In this document: piece by piece, positions 61,396-64,000 of the stretch
Layout: the number at the start of each line of letters is the position of its first letter
Numbering within the stretch: position 1 is the first letter of the stretch
DNA from: an uncultured bacterium
GTDB lineage: Bacteria > Krumholzibacteriota > Krumholzibacteriia > LZORAL124-64-63
DNA: 64,000 bases
Assembly: GCA_963727525.1 (NCBI GenBank)
Contig: CAVSGO010000008.1
Span: 1 to 64,000, forward strand
Direction: 5' to 3'
Notes under the pieces: generated by a model
The model's input: only the letters and a program-made list of their open reading frames with translations
What the model was told of the DNA's origin: nothing
Databases searched by the model: none
Made by a program: the position numbers and the translations under genes

Positions 61396-62133
61396 ATGGC
61401 GCCGACCAAGACGACGACCTGGCCCGCGATCGTGCTCGCCGTGGCGATCTGCGGGTGCTCGGACACGGTGTCGCCGGAACGTCCGGGGTCGACCACCACA
61501 CCTCCGGCGGATCTCTCCACGTGGGAGCAGGAGATCGACTCGCATGGGGGCGCCGTCTACTACCTCGACCCCCACGGGGGATCGCTTGCCAACCCGGGTA
61601 CCCGCGAGGCGCCGCGGCCAGGACTGGCCGAGGTCCTGGACGCCGATCTCATCCAGCGCTGGGAACCTGTCGACCACCCCTAAGAGGAGGGTGCTCCGCC
61701 GCACCTCGTGAATCCGGACGCGCCGGTCGCGCCGGGCGACAACCTGCGCCTGCTGAGCGGTGACCACGGGGTGTGCACGATCATGGACGCCCACGAACCC
61801 GACTACATCGCGATCACGGCGGACGAGGGTGCGACGCCGGTGCTTCAGCGTCTGGCCCTGATCGGAGCCGAGCGTTTCGTGATCGCGGGGCCGACTGTGC
61901 GCGGCGAGGCGGGCGGCGATCTCGGCGGTACGCTGGTCGATCTCACGACCCACGGCTGGCGCGGCCCGTGCCGCTACGTGGTCGTGCGCGATTGCCTCGT
62001 CACGAGCGGCGACCACTTCGCCATTCGCGACAACGTCCTGCGCAACGTCGACTTCGGGGTCTCGGTGTCGGGCGACGTGGCGGTGGTCGACCACAACCTG
62101 GAGACCGTCGATCTCGGCGCCTTCGAGCGCTGA
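61396..62133 (+). pseudogene. Secreted lipoprotein remnant (possibly beta-helix) with an in-frame TAA at 61681
   Basis: GGAGG RBS; lipobox ICGC; YYLDP..GS...PGT...P; frame continues after TAA; C-terminus looks truncated. Confidence 0.6.
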
Positions 62134-62237
62134 GCGTATTCGCTCCTTGCCGCCTGGCCATGATGGCGCCATCTTCTGGCGGCCGGATGCGTGCCCGCCG
62201 CGCCGCAACATCGTCATGCTTCCCGGAGGATCGATCC

Positions 62238-63296
62238 GTGCCCGAACTCGCATTCCCATTCCGCCGCAGCCTCGTCACCGGTGGCGCCGGCTTCCTCGGC
62301 ATCAACCTCGTGCGCTACCTGCTCGAACGCGGCCACGAGGTCGTGTCGCTGGACATCGCGCCGTTCGACTACCCCGAGCGCGACCGCATCACCGAGGTCA
62401 CCGGCGATATCCGTGACCGCGCCGCTGTCGACCGTGCCATCGCCGACTGCGATCTCGTGGTGCACTGCGCGGCCGCCCTGCCGCTGTACAAGCCAGCGGA
62501 GATCCTCTCCACCGACATCGACGGCACGCGCACCGTGCTGGAGTCGGCGCTCGCCCACGGCGTGGCGCGCGCCGTGCATGTGTCGAGCACGGCCGTGTAC
62601 GGGATCCCGGACCATCATCCGTTGCTCGAGGACGACCGGCTGCACGGCGTCGGTCCGTACGGCGAGGCCAAGGTGAAAGCCGAGCAGGTGTGCGCCGACT
62701 TCCGGTCGCGCGGCATGACCGTGCCGATCATCCGTCCCAAGTCGTTCATCGGGCCCGAGCGCCTGGGCGTGTTCGCGCTCTTCTACGACTGGGCCAAGGA
62801 CGGCCACGGCTTCCCCATGATCGGCAGCGGGGACAATCGCTACCAGCTCTGCGACGTGGAGGACGTGTGTCAGGGTATCTACCTGGCCGCCACCGGACCG
62901 GCCGACAAGGTCGACGATGTCTTCAACATCGGCGCCGCCGAGTTCACCACGATGAAGCAGGACTACCAGGCGGTGCTCGACGACGCCGGTTTCGGCAAGA
63001 CGATCAAGGGCTTCCCGGCCGCCCCCGTGATCGGGACGCTGCGCCTCCTCGAAGCGTGCAAGCTCTCGCCGCTCTACAAGTGGGTGTACGAGACGGCAGC
63101 CGAGGATTCGTTCGTCTCCATCGAGAAGGCGCAGCGCGTGCTCGGCTTCGCACCGCGATATTCCAACAAGGATGCGCTGGTGCGCAACTACCGCTGGTAT
63201 CTCGAGCACGAGAAGGATTTCGTGGGCGCGTCGGGCGTGTCGCATCGCGTGCCCTGGAAGCAAGGGATCCTACGGTTCGCGAAGGTCTTCTTCTAG
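62238..63296 (+). CDS. NAD-dependent epimerase/dehydratase
   Basis: LVTGGAGFLG; HCAA; SSTAVYG; YGEAK (YxxxK). Confidence 0.93.
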   Translation: MPELAFPFRRSLVTGGAGFLGINLVRYLLERGHEVVSLDIAPFDYPERDRITEVTGDIRDRAAVDRAIADCDLVVHCAAALPLYKPAEILSTDIDGTRTVLESALAHGVARAVHVSSTAVYGIPDHHPLLEDDRLHGVGPYGEAKVKAEQVCADFRSRGMTVPIIRPKSFIGPERLGVFALFYDWAKDGHGFPMIGSGDNRYQLCDVEDVCQGIYLAATGPADKVDDVFNIGAAEFTTMKQDYQAVLDDAGFGKTIKGFPAAPVIGTLRLLEACKLSPLYKWVYETAAEDSFVSIEKAQRVLGFAPRYSNKDALVRNYRWYLEHEKDFVGASGVSHRVPWKQGILRFAKVFF

Positions 63297-63314
63297 CGTG
63301 CCTCGATGTCCATG

Positions 63315-63347
63315 AAGAGGGCCGGGACCAGGAGTCTCGGCCCTCTT
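63315..63347. terminator. Hairpin between convergent genes
   Basis: AAGAGGGCCGGGAC-CAGGA-GTCTCGGCCCTCTT. Confidence 0.7.
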
Positions 63348-63396
63348 GCCGTGGTTGCGCCGGCCTCAGCCGCCGGACGCCCGTAGCGCTTCGCGC

Positions 63397-63954
63397 CTAC
63401 TGTGCCTGCAACCGTTGTACCAGATCCTCGAGATCGCCGTCGTCGGAGTTCAGCGCGAGGCCGGCGATGGCGGCCAGATCGATGTCGCCCACGAGGTTGG
63501 CGAAGGTGGCGTCGCTGTCGTCGAGCACCATCACCATCCAGCCGGCGACACCCTTGTCGTCGCGCTGCGTGCTGACGGACACCAGCTCCTCCTTGCCCTG
63601 CACGTAGACCAGGCGCTGCCAGCCGTCTTTCTCCAGCGACTTCGCGATCTTGTCGAAATACCCACGTACGCGTGTGGCCTGCTCGGGCGGGAAGGCGAAC
63701 GACTTCACGTGCACGGCCTGGATGCGCGCGATGATCTGCGCCAGGGCGTCGTTGTCGGACGCTTCCTTCTTCACGACGTCGGCGAGCATGTCCGGACCGA
63801 GATCCACGAGGCGCACCTCCGTGGCGTCGTCGGGCACCTCGATCGCGCTCAGATCCACGTAGCCAGGCAGCCGGCTGGTGTCGTTCTTGGCGCTGGCGCT
63901 CACGGCCAGGGTGAGCAGCAGCACCATGATGGGGATTGTCCGCAGCGTCTTCAT
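63397..63954 (-). CDS. DUF4252-like secreted protein
   Basis: Signal peptide ASA; PGYVD; L...GW.RLV.V; FANLVGDIDL; GAGGAGG RBS. Confidence 0.8.
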   Translation of the reverse strand: MKTLRTIPIMVLLLTLAVSASAKNDTSRLPGYVDLSAIEVPDDATEVRLVDLGPDMLADVVKKEASDNDALAQIIARIQAVHVKSFAFPPEQATRVRGYFDKIAKSLEKDGWQRLVYVQGKEELVSVSTQRDDKGVAGWMVMVLDDSDATFANLVGDIDLAAIAGLALNSDDGDLEDLVQRLQAQ

Positions 63955-64000
63955 CCTTCGCCTCCTCGCGACGGGGTCGCGTTCATGTCCAGGGACTTTC

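Noticed and set aside
61681-61683. In-frame stop as recoding
   Set aside because: It is TAA, with no Cys context, in a gene that looks truncated; a nonsense mutation is simpler

Overview
High-GC bacterial DNA. PorV-type, TonB-receptor and FlgD-like C-terminal sorting-domain genes suggest an FCB-group candidate lineage such as Krumholzibacteriota/Latescibacterota (inference only). The window has two parts. (1) 1-16.9 kb is a decaying accessory island: an IS end, a full-length but frameshifted IS21, a tyrosine-recombinase stub, restriction-modification remnants, a frameshifted YeeA/YeeB/YeeC-like MTase-helicase-nuclease operon, an integron cassette array with 5 clear attC sites and no integrase, and an IS1380. 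(2) 16.9-64 kb is mostly intact: two radical SAM/SPASM loci, two ECF sigma loci, a TonB receptor/PorV surface-protein operon, a cyclic-nucleotide signalling cluster interrupted by an NTPase-TPR gene, nucleoside salvage genes, a small IS with 20-bp inverted repeats, and MscS/OmpA envelope genes. Best candidates for something new: (a) an HprK-like kinase + PqqD/RRE + rSAM/SPASM operon facing a 52-aa precursor-like peptide missing from the ORF track (60995-61153; YxxPxI leader, Gly6, ...HWCCS); (b) a secreted beta-propeller protein with an in-frame UGA in a CxxU motif followed by a hairpin, a candidate selenoprotein (43969-45645); (c) a second rSAM with an ECF/anti-sigma pair and a CxCxC peptide (21036-21209). 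All product calls come from motifs read by eye; no database searches were run.
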